DNA of 64,000 bases, taken from NCBI RefSeq assembly GCF_038025025.1, contig NW_027117347.1:1054001-1118000 (forward strand), read 5' to 3'. Every line of letters starts with the position of its first letter. The stretch's first letter is position 1. Below are positions 24,401-37,800 of the stretch, in pieces. Below the pieces are notes generated by a model. That model searched no databases. It saw only the letters and a program-made list of their open reading frames with translations, and had not been told where the DNA came from. The translations under genes and the position numbers were made by a program. Source of the stretch: Phyllosticta citribraziliensis (taxonomy: Eukaryota).

Positions 24401-27005
24401 CTTTTTTCTTTTTCCTCCTCTTCTCTTCTTCTGCGCGTTGGGCCATCATCGATTGCGTCAGTAGCGCAACGCCTCTACTCCACTTGTTATCCCTCCCCCG
24501 GTCTCCCGGTCCCGCCTTTGGTCTCGTCACATCCATCGGCATATTCCTTCTCCTTCTTTTTCTGTGGCAGGTAGGTAGGCACGTTTTGTTTTGGCTTTTG
24601 ACGACAGACACCGGTGCGGCGGGCGGGGACGCCGGCTACCATGGTATTGTGTCCGGATGTTTGCTGCTGTTTGGATGCTGCCCCGGATGGTGGGTGGAGG
24701 GAGATTGGAGAAGAAATGTGTGTGTGGGGCGGCGTTGGATGGATGGATGACCGCCCGGGTTCGAGGTCGACGCGCTGGCTGGCTGTGTTTGCGTCTGCGT
24801 GCATCGTTGTTGTACTGTTTATGCGTGCTCTTCCTGCCCATGTAGATGGTTTGCGGTGGGTTTGCGATGCAGGCAGCTCGCTGCCACTATGTCTATTACA
24901 ATCATCGAGCCAGATGAACAGCTGGGAGAGCGTCCATTTCTTTCTTCCCTCTCTCTCTCCCTCTCTCTCCCTTCCTCCCTCCTCGAGACAGTTCCACCTC
25001 AGAACAGTGCATCTGCAACACTCCCGCCTCCGCCTCCGCGCTACGCCATCCATGTACGTACGCTACGGCACGGCCCGACGCGCTGGTCTGCCTACTGTCT
25101 CAGGTGGCGAGAAAGCAGCAGCAGCAGCAGCAGCTACACAACAGACATGTAACTCCTACATGTAACTACTCTACGTATCATCGGGTCCATCCGCCGACCA
25201 ATCAAAGCCACCGGTATGCGAGCGTGTCGCAGCGATCAAAAGAAAGAAGAAGAGCGCGCGGAGCTAAATTGGAGATGTATGCCCGTTGATGACTCCCGCC
25301 CCGGCCGGCCGTCTGCGGGGCTGTTGCTGCTATGTATGTATGGATGTAGGTCCATTTGAGTGGAGGGGACATGGAGAGAGAAGGCGGGGCGGGGCGCGCG
25401 CTCTAGATGTGTATGTAGTAGCCACAGCATTCGACACGGCCGAGCGCAGCCCCTCGCCGCGAGCGAGCGACTCGCTCAACATCATGCCTGTCTGTATACG
25501 ACACACACCACACCGGTCGCTAGTCTTTTGATTTTTCTCGCTTGTCTGTTTGATCGCTCGCTCGCTCGCTGAGGAATTTGCCGGTAGTAGTACGTAGCTA
25601 CCATGACTGAGGTGGAGTGGGGTGGGGTAGGCGGGCGGCGGAGAGTGAGGAGCGGCGGCAGGGAGGGAGACTGACTGCCGGCCGGACACGAGACGGGAGA
25701 GAGGGGGAGGGGATGGGGATGGGGATGTAGGATTTCGATTTCCGCCCGCGTACGAGGTAGTGATTGGCAATAATAGCCGCCGCCGCCGCTGCGCGCGCGC
25801 CTCGACAGGCTAAACGACGCGCGCGCAGTGCATAGTAGGCAGGTACATGTGTACATACATACGCATGTACACCCTCATGGTGTGTGGTGCGCGTCGGCGG
25901 CGAGCGCCTGAGCGGCTCGAGTGATTCAGTAATAGGAAACCCGATGGCCGGTCGGCCCGGCGGGCGGGCATATTATTACATGAGGTAGGTAGTCGTCGTA
26001 ACGTGCAAATGAGGTGTTTGAGATGACGCAGGCAGGCGGCTGGAGTACGTACCTCGAGGGACTAACTGGCTGGCTGGCTGCGGTGACATTACGTCTCCGC
26101 ACGACTAAACCATTACTCAAAGAGGAGAGGGGTGGGAGTAAGTAAGGGGGTTTGCGATCATGAGGATGACGGCGGTTGGATGGACTTGCTTGGGCGATGA
26201 CAATATCTGCCGAGTAGCAGTCGAGGCAGTCCAGCTCGGGGGGAGCCACGCTCTGGCTGCTTTGGAGGGATCAGATCGCGAGCAGATCTGGAGCACACGC
26301 TGCCCTAGGGGACGTGAGGCGTGGCTGTGATACATTGCCGTGGCGTAACAACGACCGTTGGGCTCTCGCTCTGATGGTCTGTGGTCAAGTGTTTGGCTGT
26401 AGCTGGTACTTCATCAATGTCGCATACGGACCACAGACGTGCACGTCGGTGGCCAACATGATTGTCCCTGCTGACGTCTTGTACCGTCGTCTCTCTGTCG
26501 TCAAATTTGCGATTTGTCAGTCAGCACCCCCAAATCCACGGCGGTCCTGAGAGTCTTGTGTTGTTGGTTACAAAGAACCATGGTCTTTGATCTCCACCGC
26601 CTTTTGCAGCAACTCATTCCAGAATTGCGTCCTTGGATCGAGTCGTACACCACGAACCGCATCCAGATGTACCGATTCTCATCCAGCTGCAGGAACTGCC
26701 CCACCCCCCTCCATCAATCGCATGAACATCTAGAGTCATGGGGAAACACGACCGCAGAGCATTCTGATCTCGTCAGGTCTTGGCTACCCGGAAAGGGAAA
26801 AAATTGAACATGGAAAGACATGGCCGCGGATGCCAAACGTGCCCCTGGGCATCATAGAAAGGGGCGCACGAGCCTTGAAGCGCAGACGTCGCCGCAAGGC
26901 CGCTGCGACTCACGACTCACTCTGAAGCAGGTTTTTCGGCGCTGGGCTCTGAGATGGAACTTGCCCTCGCACGGCACCCTCTGCGGAAGGCTTCTGGAAT
27001 CATCA

Positions 27006-27029
27006 TGGTGGTGGTGGTGGTGGTGGTGG
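27006..27029 (+). repeat. (TGG)8 trinucleotide repeat
   Basis: Read directly; it produces the spurious poly-W and poly-H ORF tails. Confidence 0.85.
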
Positions 27030-30000
27030 TGATGAGCACGTCGCAGCCTGACGGTGGCGCTCGAACGCTCAGACCCTCTCCTTCTCGGCCTTTCCGTCTG
27101 GTCGACCTCGACGAGGTCTGACCGGCCGCGAGAGGTTTGCCTCCTCAGAGTCCTCACCGAGGCACCAGCGCAAGGCTGTGCAGTCGGAGCTTTGTAGTTC
27201 TTTTTCCTTTTCGTTCTGATTCACGGGCTTGGGCAGTTGGATTTTCTCATCTGACGTCGTTGCCCTGAGAAGGCGAGACGGCAAAGGGGCAGTGAGATTG
27301 TGGACAGTCCATGATGCTCCAATTGATGTGCGCCATCGCGCTGCCCGTCTGGCATTGGAATCGCCGTGTCGTCAGAGGCCGGCGGCTGGCCAGAAAAGAA
27401 AATGTGGCAATAGCCAACGGCCATTAAGCATCCATCTCGACCGTCACTATGGCTGGTGAAACCGGAGGTCCTGGAAGATGCCGCTGACATTTGGTCAAAG
27501 ATGCCCCTCTAATTCGTGGTGGGTTACTGCAAAACCACCGACCCTTGGCGATAAGAAGAAAAAGCCATCCGTGTGCTGTCGTCCTACTCAGGATCTCCCC
27601 ACGTGCCGACGCCGATTTTTTTTCCTTGCTACGGCAACCTCCATGCCGTGGCTCTCGGCGCCAGAACTGGACGAGTGGCGCGCTAGATGTCACAAAGCAT
27701 GGCAATATTGCCATGCGTTATGGCCATCACCACAACCGCGCCAGACTACCGCCACGTCCAGGCTTTGGCGGGTGTACATGCCGTGTGACCGCAACCGTTG
27801 GGCGCCAATTGAGTTCAACTCATCCTATGCCTCGACTCTCGAGTCGGACCAGCCCGGGCGTACATGGTCTGGATGAGCGTATTCGCGTTTTCTCGGTTAT
27901 CTAGGCGATGCCGAGTCAAGAGTCCTTTTTGCTTTTCTTTGGACAGGACTCTAGATCTGAATTGATTAGCATCAATTCTTTGGGCGTCTGTGGGGAAGTC
28001 TGGCAAAAAGAGGAGGGGTTTGACGACGCAGAGGAACAACGTGGCACCGAGGATGATGGTTAGTAGAAGGTTGACTTGAAGCAGTTCGGGCCGCCGCGGG
28101 AGCGGCACGAGCGGGTGGCGTCTAGCATCTAGCTTGTCGACCGGCAGGATCAATAATCCAACCAAGCACCTGTGCTAAGCAATCCTGGTGTCAAAGAGAG
28201 CAAATCTTTGGAGAGCTATGAGAGTTGTGATTTTTCCTTGGAGTATGCTGCATGTGCGATTGGCACCAACATCTAAATACCTTTGGTATATCGTGGCCGG
28301 CCGTGGTTGTGAGACTGGGAGCGCGCGAAGGGAAACACGTACGAAATCTCTGTACCTATCGCATTGAATCCGGTTTCAGAAATGGCCAGACCGGCGGGTA
28401 CTCGTTGACCAACAATTACCGCAAAAATGGAATCCGTCAGTTTGGATATGTGGTTGCTGCTGTTTGACGACGTCTCCATCCATGTTATAGGTTGCATACT
28501 ATCGGAGGTCCAGTGACGAGGTCCGCCCGGCTCGGACCATCTACTCTCTGGAGTATGCAGCACCGCTGCTTGTTCTTCAACAGCTGCTAAATGTCCTCGT
28601 GGCGACAGTACCAGAAACGTAGGACTATGGGATAAAGTGTGGTCAGAAATTCTGGTGATGATACACAAACAGCATGATATTTCCAATCCAAATGGCAAAG
28701 CCACCGGCAGTTCTCCGCTACGACAATCGCTGCCGCTCCGCATGAATGCAAGTTGGACCACGTGCTGATGGTCTCCAACAAGATGTCTGATACGTCAAAC
28801 AAGAAAAAATGCAAGGGTCGAAACATGCGCCCCACGCTCTAGATTGGTAGCTCAATGGGCTTTGACGTCGCAAATATCCAAGTATGTCGGTGCTGCGCGC
28901 GTTGCTTTTCCCCAAGTCCAGCGTCTTGGGTTGTTCCAGCACCGGCGCTGGGCCCGATGAAAATCAATCAACCAAGCCGGAGGATGCGTCCCTTTTTCCG
29001 TGCGCAGCATGATTGTCGCGGATGGCTGCAGCGGAGATGGTGTTGTGGCGCTTGTCGTTTAGCATCTTTGTTGCCAGTCGCACTACATCAGAAGCGTTCC
29101 TCACGCCCCCTGCGGCCAAAATCAGGGGCCCCCTGGTGTGCTGAGCCGGACCGCTGCGAGCGGTGGCTGCAAATTCCTCGCCAATCGCTAGCCTGGACAA
29201 CTTTAATGTCACTGCCGGCCCCAGCACCGGGTCAACAATGGTGGGCGGATCTATGCGCGCTTAAGGGTGATGCGCCGCTCGATTTGCCAAAGGCAGAGTG
29301 AGGCTTGTTTTCAGGGCTGTGAGCCGCGCTGCGGGGCTGGTCACGCCCTCGCCAGGATTCGTAAGGCGCGCTCCAATGTCCTTCCCTGGATATTGTGTAC
29401 CCAATCCGCAGGTCGATCTCCGGGGTAGTTTCAGATGGACGTGACGACGAGCGTGGGTGTGAAGCATCGCCGGACCGTTGAGAGATAGCACACGACCCTT
29501 GCCGCCAGACTGCGCCACAACCATGCATGTCTGACTGTGAAGGGAGAACAATGTCCAGTCTCGAGTTCGTCCATGTCCTCTCAGACGCGTTTCCCGTGCT
29601 CAAACTTATTGACTGGTCGTGTTATAGAATCAAAATTAATGGGACGGGAACCATGAATGAATGACAGTCGACTAAGAACGATAAAGACTTGATTTCGGAC
29701 TGATGACCTGGTTCTCGTTGTCGAGACCCAAATAGATGAATCAAAACTGCGGAGCAGTGCAGCAGCCTGCTTGCAGTAGCCTCTAGAACACTGGACAGCA
29801 TGCAAAGTGTACCAGGGCAGCGTCAGAATCTCATGACAGCATGTGCTTGCAGCATAAGCCTCCTTATCCCACACCCTGATCGCAAAGACATTTTCCCTCA
29901 ACGGCCGCCGGAACGGATCGAAGCGCACTAGAGTCGCACTGTCTCCGCACCCGCCTCCGCGTGCAAATCTCCCGTCCCTGGAGGGACGCGCAATGAAAAG

Positions 30001-30331
30001 TCGACAGGTGTACAAAATCCGTGCTTGTGATATGCGGATCTTTGTGGATTCCCAAATCCTACCGTGGAATTGTTTGCTCTTTTTGCCCATACAAGTGGAT
30101 ATGGTAGAAAGACCTCCGGTTGGATAGAGGTACTCGTGCCCAATCAGAGGGAAGAACTTGGATCCGGAAGAACGTCTCTCATTGATAAATGGAGGCTAAG
30201 GCGTCCAGGGGGCTGCAACCGTGGGCTTGAATGCATTTTTACTGCCGCGACAGCCGGAGCTCATTGTTATGCCTTTCGACACAACATGCGGGCATCAGGA
30301 ATCGCCATGTTTCCTCGGACGTGGCCACGTC

Positions 30332-31868
30332 TTACTCCCCATTCAGCTTGTCATCTGCCGCAACCCCTGTTTTCATATCCCCTGTGCTCTTTTCTTCCAC
30401 TGCCTTTGCGCGCGCGTTTCTGATCTCCCAGTCGAATTCTCGTAGTGCACGCAGTTCGCTGCCAACAAACAGCCCGCCAATCAGTCCATCGATGACGCCC
30501 GCCGCTAGGCCTAGACTGCTGACAAGCATGAGGATGAATGCCACAAAATTATGTGGCACCCACCACACGCCGATCAGGCAGGCTATTGTCAGAGCCAATT
30601 GAGCGCCAAAATGTGTGAGGCGGAGACGACGCTGACGATATTCGCGGGCAGTGTACTTGGTTATCATAGCAAGAATCTCATCGTAGATAGCCGGAGGAAG
30701 TAGGGAAGTTGTTGATCTAGCGTCCGAGTCAAAGTCGACGGACGAGCTTGAAGGGCGTGAGTAATCGACAGGGTCTGGACTGCGGACAAGCGTGGCCTCA
30801 ACTGAGAAATGGTCGCTTAACGAGCACTTGAGTTCCGGATGGCGCATCGTCATGCCCACCTTGACGTCTTGAAGAGCCCACGTGTCTGCCTGGGGTTGAA
30901 TTCGGCCGTTGCTCTTGGTAGCCGCGGCTGGTGAATGTTCTCCGCTGCTGAAGAAGATGTAGTCAAGACGCTTGGCGCGCGGATCTTCAACCACAGGCTC
31001 TATTACTACGTCCTCGCCCTTTTCCAAGCGCTTGCGATGTGATTCGTTCCACCGCCAAGTATTGAGAGCGCTGTCGCAAGTCGCACCATTCTCTCTGATG
31101 TTGTGTTCAGCGGTGGGCATTGGTCTTCCCCGCTTCTTTTCGACCGGATCCTTTGCTGCGCCAATTGAGGAGTCTGGATGGAAGAGACGCCACACGTCAC
31201 GGCACGGTGTGTGGGCTTCGATTATGCGGTGGGCGAGCGAGAGCGGAATCATGTTGAAGTCTCCCAATCCGATGACGAGGTGGCCCCTCTCAGCGGCGCC
31301 TCGCATCAACTTTGCGATTTCCCAGGCTTGTGCCGTGCGGTGGCAAATGTAGGAGTCGTTGGGTTCGGCTTCGTAGGGAGCATGTAGCTATTGGAGGTTA
31401 AAACCGACCTTGCTCATTGGACACGATTAGACTCACATGCGTGCAGAACACCTCTGCAACATCCTTCTTCCTCTTTCCGAATCGTATTCTCGCACAAGCA
31501 ACGCCCTTGCCCACAAACCAGTCTCCCCTGAAAAAGGCCGTTGGTCTCCCGTTCAAGGGATACCGCCACATGCTGCTCTCCTCAATTGGCCATTTCGACA
31601 GTATGGCCAGGCCTCCACCAAAGATTCCGCTATGATAGAATTTGCCATAGGGCAGTATATGCTCCGTATTCTCGCGTATGGCCAGGTAGTCTTGTTGTGT
31701 CCAGCATTCTTGCAGCCCGACGATTTCTGGGGGAGGAGAGATGGCAGCGATCTGGTTGCCGATTTCCGAGAGACGTTCGTGGCGGTATTTGGCGAGGAAC
31801 TTGAGTCCCCAGCAATTCAAGCTGAAGACTCGGATCTCAGAAGGCGAGTTCATGTCCTCCTGGGTCAT
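30332..31868 (-). CDS. ISC1: Inositol phosphosphingolipid phospholipase C / neutral sphingomyelinase
   Basis: Exons 31868-31437 and 31387-30332. EEP-fold motifs SLNCWGL, GLQECW, FRGDWFVGKGVA (P-loop-like), THLHAPY, GDFN, RLDYIF and SDHFSV; two C-terminal TM helices. Confidence 0.95.
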
Positions 31869-32061
31869 TTTCGAGGTTAGGGGGATGTCAATTGGAGTTG
31901 AAGGAGCGACCGGGGGAAGAGCTGTTCGAAGGCGGTGATGTCAGTGCCGATGCGCTAAATCTCGTCGGCGTTTTCAGCTCGAGTACGCCGACGCATTCCA
32001 CCAGCTACCTGCCCGCGTTCCTGACGGCGGACAACCAGCAACTGTACATCTTGCAAGCACC
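31869..32061. promoter_or_regulatory. Short divergent promoter region ISC1/SWD3
   Basis: 193 bp between opposed start codons. Confidence 0.55.
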
Positions 32062-33401
32062 ATGGACGACTTGAGCGACAGGCCGCTCAAGCGGCGGCGC
32101 TCAAATGACGAAGACCCCCGATCACCCGCAAATCAATCACCCCATCCCGACCCTTCGCCTAGCTACAACCTGCCCTCGCGCCTGGCGCCTGAGCCATACC
32201 GAGAAGACGACAGCAGCCTCGACGGACCCAGCAGAGAAAGATCACGAAGCCGGTCACGATCGCCTCAATCATCCTCGCGATCTCCTGAAGCGCGGCAGTC
32301 GCCGAGTCCCGATTCGCTCGAGAAGCCCAGCCGACTGCGATACAAGGCCAAGCTGAAGCTCAGCGGACACAAAAAGGCAGTTTCCTGCGTAAAGTTCTCT
32401 CCGGACGGCAGATGGATCGCCAGCGCCTCGGCGGACGCGACCATCAAGATATGGGACGCGCGGACGGGCAAGATCCAGCATACGCTCGAGGGCCACATGG
32501 CTGGCATATCCACCATCGCATGGGCTCCCGACTCGCGCATTCTGGCGTCTGGCTCGGACGACAAGTATATCCGGCTATGGGATGCCATAGCAGGCAAAGA
32601 CCTCTCTGTGCCCTTTGAAGGCCATCACAACTACGTCTTTTCGCTGGCCATTTCGCCCAAGGGGAACATGATTGTCAGTGGCTCCTACGACGAAGCCGTG
32701 TTCCTATGGGATGTGCGCACCGCGCGGGTCATGAAGTCGCTCCCCGCACACTCTGACCCGGTGGGCGGTGTCGATTTCGTACGAGACGGGACAATGGTGG
32801 TGAGCTGCTCGAGCGACGGCCTCATGTAAGTCAATCCAAAAGCCACAACTACGACACACAGAGACAACCCAAGGCTGACGCGCCTGGAAGCCGCGTGTGG
32901 GATACGTCAACAGGACAATGCCTACGCACGCTCGTCCACGAGGACAACGCGCCCGTAACATCAGTGCGCTTCTCGCCCAACGGCAAGTACATCCTGGCGT
33001 GGACGCTGGACTCGTCGATCCGGCTGTGGGACTACATCACGGGCAAGGGCAAGTGCGTCAAGACGTACCAAGGGCACGCCAACAGCCGGTACAGCCTGAG
33101 CGGCGCCTTTGGCACGTACGGCAAGGCGCCGTACCAGTCGGCCTTCATCGCCTCGGGCTCCGAGTGCGGCGCCGTCTTCCTGTGGGACGTCAGCTCCAAG
33201 AACATCATGCAGAAGCTCGACGGCCACGCCGGCCCCGTCTTGGCCGTCGACACGCACCCATCGGAGCCTTGCATCGTCAGTGCTGGCTTGGACAAGTCCA
33301 TCCGCTTGTGGAGGATGGACGACGTCGAGGAGGAGGCGCAGGAGAATGGCGCCCTGGCCGCTGCCGACGTTACCCCCGTCGCAGTCGTACCAGAGGCTTG
33401 A
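32062..33401 (+). CDS. SWD3: WD40 protein, COMPASS subunit Swd3/WDR5
   Basis: Exons 32062-32825 and 32891-33401. [59 protein letters not shown]...[22 protein letters not shown], a WDR5-type signature. Confidence 0.9.
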
Positions 33402-34259
33402 TTTTCGACAATCTCTCTACATAGATACCCAAACTACCTATTTTACTTCCTCACGCAGCTGTTGATTCTGCCGCCAGCTGTTCAAAATCGCAACCAACTC
33501 GATATTCCGCCTGTCCATCAAACTCGCGCTCGCCGTGCCACTGCGAATGTGACCTCTGGATGCCTTGTATTTGGTCTCACCTATCATCAATGTCTTCAAT
33601 CAATTGCTCGAGGATATTTTCCATCCATTTCTACCGTACCCTGCCCGCCCACAAAATGCGTGCTTTCCCTCGTCCAATCGCGTCGGATGCAGCAGCCGGC
33701 CAGAGAATAAAAACAAAAGCAGCAAATGGTAGCAAGACGACTAAGAAGTCGCAAGCAAGCAAGTAGTAGTGGTAGTAAGGAGAAACGAGTCCCCAGCAGC
33801 AGAAGGGCTGATGAGTAGCAGCAGCATCCACCGCCCATCAAAAAGTGACAACAAGTGCAACACCTTCAAGAGATGGAAAGTCGCCCCTCTGCAACCAACC
33901 CAGTGCAGCAGGCAGAAAAGAAGAGAAAAGAAGACAGAGATGACCAACGGAAAGATAGGTCAGACGGCACACAAGAGCGTAGCAAGAGGCGGACGCGAAG
34001 AGGAACGAAGTAGACAGACTCACCCCACCCATCTGGTACGAGGGGCAAGCCTGTCGCCAGTGTGGTGATTGCTGAACCAGAGGTACTATTGCAGCTTTAC
34101 TACCTGCCTTTCTACCTACCCACCCACCTACCTCCCCACCTAGCAAAACACAGAATGAAAACGGCAGACAGCCAGATGAAAAGGGTATGAAGAGTGAAAC
34201 CAAAGTAGAGACAAGACAAGACCGACGACGCCGACGACAACGACGAAGAAGAGAGAAGA

Positions 34260-34261
<2 letters not shown>

Positions 34262-34294
<33 letters not shown>

Positions 34295-34297
34295 CAA
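34262..34297 (+). repeat. (CAG)8(CAA)4 repeat in the SWD3/adenylate cyclase convergent intergenic region
   Basis: Read directly. Confidence 0.85.
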
Positions 34298-34887
34298 GCA
34301 GGAAGAAGAGAAAAGGTCAAAATCAGTGCGTGGCCACCGCCGCGTCGTCCGCACACATGAGCGCCAGAAGGAAAATTTTGGAAAGGAAAAAGCGCACTAC
34401 AAAGCGTTGTTGGCCACAATAGCACAGCGGTGACTGGCGGCCGGTGAGAGCTCGAGCCAAAACGACGAAGCAGACGAACAGCAGGCAAGCGGACAGACAG
34501 GCAAAAGGTGAAATCCAAGGAAAACAAGGCAGCAGGCGCTGGCTGACGGATTGGAAAGCGGCTGGTACTATTCAATGTATGTTCCCTTTTGATTGGTGAG
34601 TTCTCCTATGTGATGGTGGTGGTGTGGATTGGGGGTTGCGGGGGGTCTTTCGGCGTGGTAAGAGGTGTGTGTGATGAGGAAGAAAAAAATGCCCTGTGCT
34701 TTCCATCCAACGGTGCGGTGAATTCAAAAGGCAAGAGCCACGTCCCGTGCGTTTGGGACGTCTTTGGTATAGATGTGTTGTTGAGTACAAAGCCCCCAGG
34801 AATGTGGATGTGATGAGGTGGAAAAGAGACAGGTTGGGGTATTTTGGATTGGGAAGAAGACGCATGCAGACCGGAAATGACCAAAAT

Positions 34888-37800
34888 CTATGACGGTGCC
34901 ATCGTGACGCGGTTGTCGGCGGCTGCCTTGAAGGCGCGCAGCTCCTCGAGCTGTGAATTGAGACCTTCAAAGATCTCGGACATTGGGCAAGCTTGCGAGA
35001 GCATGCCGAGGTGGAAGGGGCGGACGGTGTGACGGAGTTGAAGGGCGGTGATGCAAGACTGAAAGATTAGTTTAGTAAACGCGGTGTCTGGTTCTTGGTT
35101 GGATAACTCACTTCAATGCGAGAGATTTGGTGCTCGACAAAGTTGATCAAGAAGCGATCCGTAATCTCTCCACCCCGCGTCTTCATCCGCTCAAGCAGTG
35201 CAGTCTCGGGCGGTTTGAGTTCCGTACTGTCAGGAGACTCCAGTGTGCTGCAGAGCATTTCCAGCCGGAGCGAAACGCTCCACAACGCCCACACATCGTC
35301 AGTGTTGATGAGTAGCTGCGAGTCGGCCGTCTTCGTACCAGCAGCAGCTGACGTAGCTGCCTGTTCTGCCTCCATCTTTTGTTGTTGCACCGTCAAGCGA
35401 GAGGCAAGTGAGTGAGGGTACATGAGGTAAATGTACTCGGGATTTTCGAGACCCTTGAGCCTGCGCTCGCCGAGATCTTTCACCTCGAAGCCTTGGCTGC
35501 TCAAGGTTCGCAGCTCACGCCTGATTGCTGAGCTTTGAGGCTCGTCAGCCAGGGGATCGTCATGGCCTGACCGGTCCGATTCGATGTGCGTCTCCAGCAA
35601 ACGCTGGATTTCAGCAATGAAATCCGAAGAGACGGTAATTTGACCGCCGTCGGCGACTGAAGAGATACGCGACGCCCTGTTGACCATGGGACCAAAGTAA
35701 TCCATACGCTTCGTCACAGGATCGACTTCGCACACCGGAGTACCCCAGTGGATTCCCATGCGTACGGATAAACCTCGAAAGATAACATTACCATCCGAAT
35801 CTGTAACCTCTTGGCCATTAACACTGTTCAAAATCTCCTGTGGCCACTGGACGTCCAACAGTTGACTTTGAATGGTGAAACACCACAGGAGTGCTGACGT
35901 CACTGTCGGGAAGGCTACCATGAAGGCATCGCCTTCAGTCTTGACTTCGTAGCCTCCAATTATGCGCAGATGGCGACGCATGACCTCGTTGTGCATCTTG
36001 ATGGCGGAGCGCATGGCGATCGGGTACGTTTCCCACAGAAGCGTCGAGTTTTTGATGTCGGTAAACACCAAGCTGACTTCTCCGGTAGGCGCGTCGACTT
36101 CCTGGTCGAGTCGGGCAAGCTTCGAATCGCCCACAGCATCCCGCAACCGCTTGCCACGGCGTTGGTTCTGGTTGTAAAACTCGTCCGGAGAGCCAGTGGG
36201 GCCCATAGACATGCTGTGAGTCCGAAACCTTGCCCGCTCGCGTTTGCGCAGGTCGCTGATTCCAATCAACATGACCATGATCTTTCCAGTGGCACCAAAA
36301 GCAATGGCAAGGTCCCTCAGCTTTTGCGCTGCGCGCATGAGATCGCCGCGTTCGGAGCGCGCGACGTCGACGGCAAAGTCGGGTGTCATGTAGTCCCAAA
36401 GTTCTCTCGAGGCAACCAGGATCATCTCGTCGGATTCCCTGAGACTTGTTTGAGTGACGTGGGGAGCCGCTATCACTGACGGAGACATCTGGACGTATCC
36501 AAATGCACGAGACACCTCAAGCACGTCGTTGAGCTTGCCCTGGCGGGACACAAAGCCACCTGCTTCCCTGATTCTTTGCCGCTCGCTGGCTTCGGCTGGG
36601 TCGTGTTTTCTTGTAATGACCCGGTGGCTACCTTCAGAGTGAATGAGCAGTGCTTGCGCATCACCAACATTGGCCACGTAAAGTTCCATCTCTTTGAGGA
36701 AAATGACAGTAGCAACGCTGCCCGAGTTCAGGTCCTCTTCGCTCAAGTCTGGGATGTTGTTGGCGCCGCGGTGGACAACAGGAGCAGCAGCCCCCTTGTC
36801 TTGCGACTGGGTTGCGGCTCCTGCCAGATCCTTGTTCAGGCCCAGGTAGCTTCTCCTCAACGCGTCTACGGCCGTTTCGTGGGTCCTGAGCCGCTCGAGT
36901 TCGTCTGCGAACCTGTTCTTGAAGTTGTCGTAAAGGTACTTGGCAATCTTGGATCCACCCGAGCTTAAAGACTGGCCGTCAAACATGGCGAACACAGTCT
37001 CGTCATCGTGACTTCGGAACCTTGGGATGACCAAGTCCATCGTCGACAGATGCTCGTTTCGTCCGAGACTGTCTGCCATGCCGTAGGACATGGTGCCAAC
37101 CATAGAGCCTGCGGTGCGAACACGCCTGTCCTCGCTTTGGTCGGGTACCGACGGAACCATCAAGGTGACGTCCATCAAGCCGAGGATGCGAAGATTGGTC
37201 AACGAGGTAAAGTCCGTCAGGTCTTTGCCTTCGCGTCCATACGACATGCCTGCGAAGCCACCATTTGGTTTGATCTCGAGTCGCTTGTTTCCCGAGAGGT
37301 TGAGATATCGCAGGTTGTGATTCCAATTCCAGTTCCAGTCGTACGGCCAGTTGGAAACGTTGTACTTGAGCGAGTTGCTACCGACATCCAGGATGGCGAG
37401 TTTGGCAACCTTGCCAAGCTCTGCGGGCAGAACCTGGAATTTGTTGTTGTTGATGTGCAGTACCCGAAGCGATGTCACCTCCTCGAGATCCTCGGCAGGC
37501 AAAGATGTCAGGTCATTTCCAGAGAGGTAGAGTTCTGTTAGTTGCTGCCACCTGCGCAAAGTCCGCGGCGGCACATCGTAGATGACGTTGTACGAGATGT
37601 TGAGGATTCGCAGTTCGGGGAGCAGAGCCAGCTCGTCAAAAACGTCATCATTGAGTCGGTTGTCGGCGAGGAAGAGGTGTCGAAGAGATCCAGCAAAGGA
37701 TGTGACGAGTCGACTAGACAAGCTCGAGTCCTTTCTCGCGGCAGGAGTCAGAGTTCCGTCAGTAGTTTTCGACGTGTTGGATGCCTTTCTTCCATTCGCA

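Noticed and set aside
26400..27300. Protein-like fragments on the minus strand (e.g. LDPRTQFWNELLQKAVEIKDHG) and a poly-His ORF
   Set aside because: Interrupted by stops, no family recognised, and the poly-His is a TGG repeat; insufficient for a pseudogene call.
29560..29640. AATTTTG followed by ATAAGT on the minus strand (resembles Pezizomycotina TER 3'-end signal)
   Set aside because: No strong branch site follows, there is no TTAGGG template upstream, and only ~700 bp separate it from ISC1.
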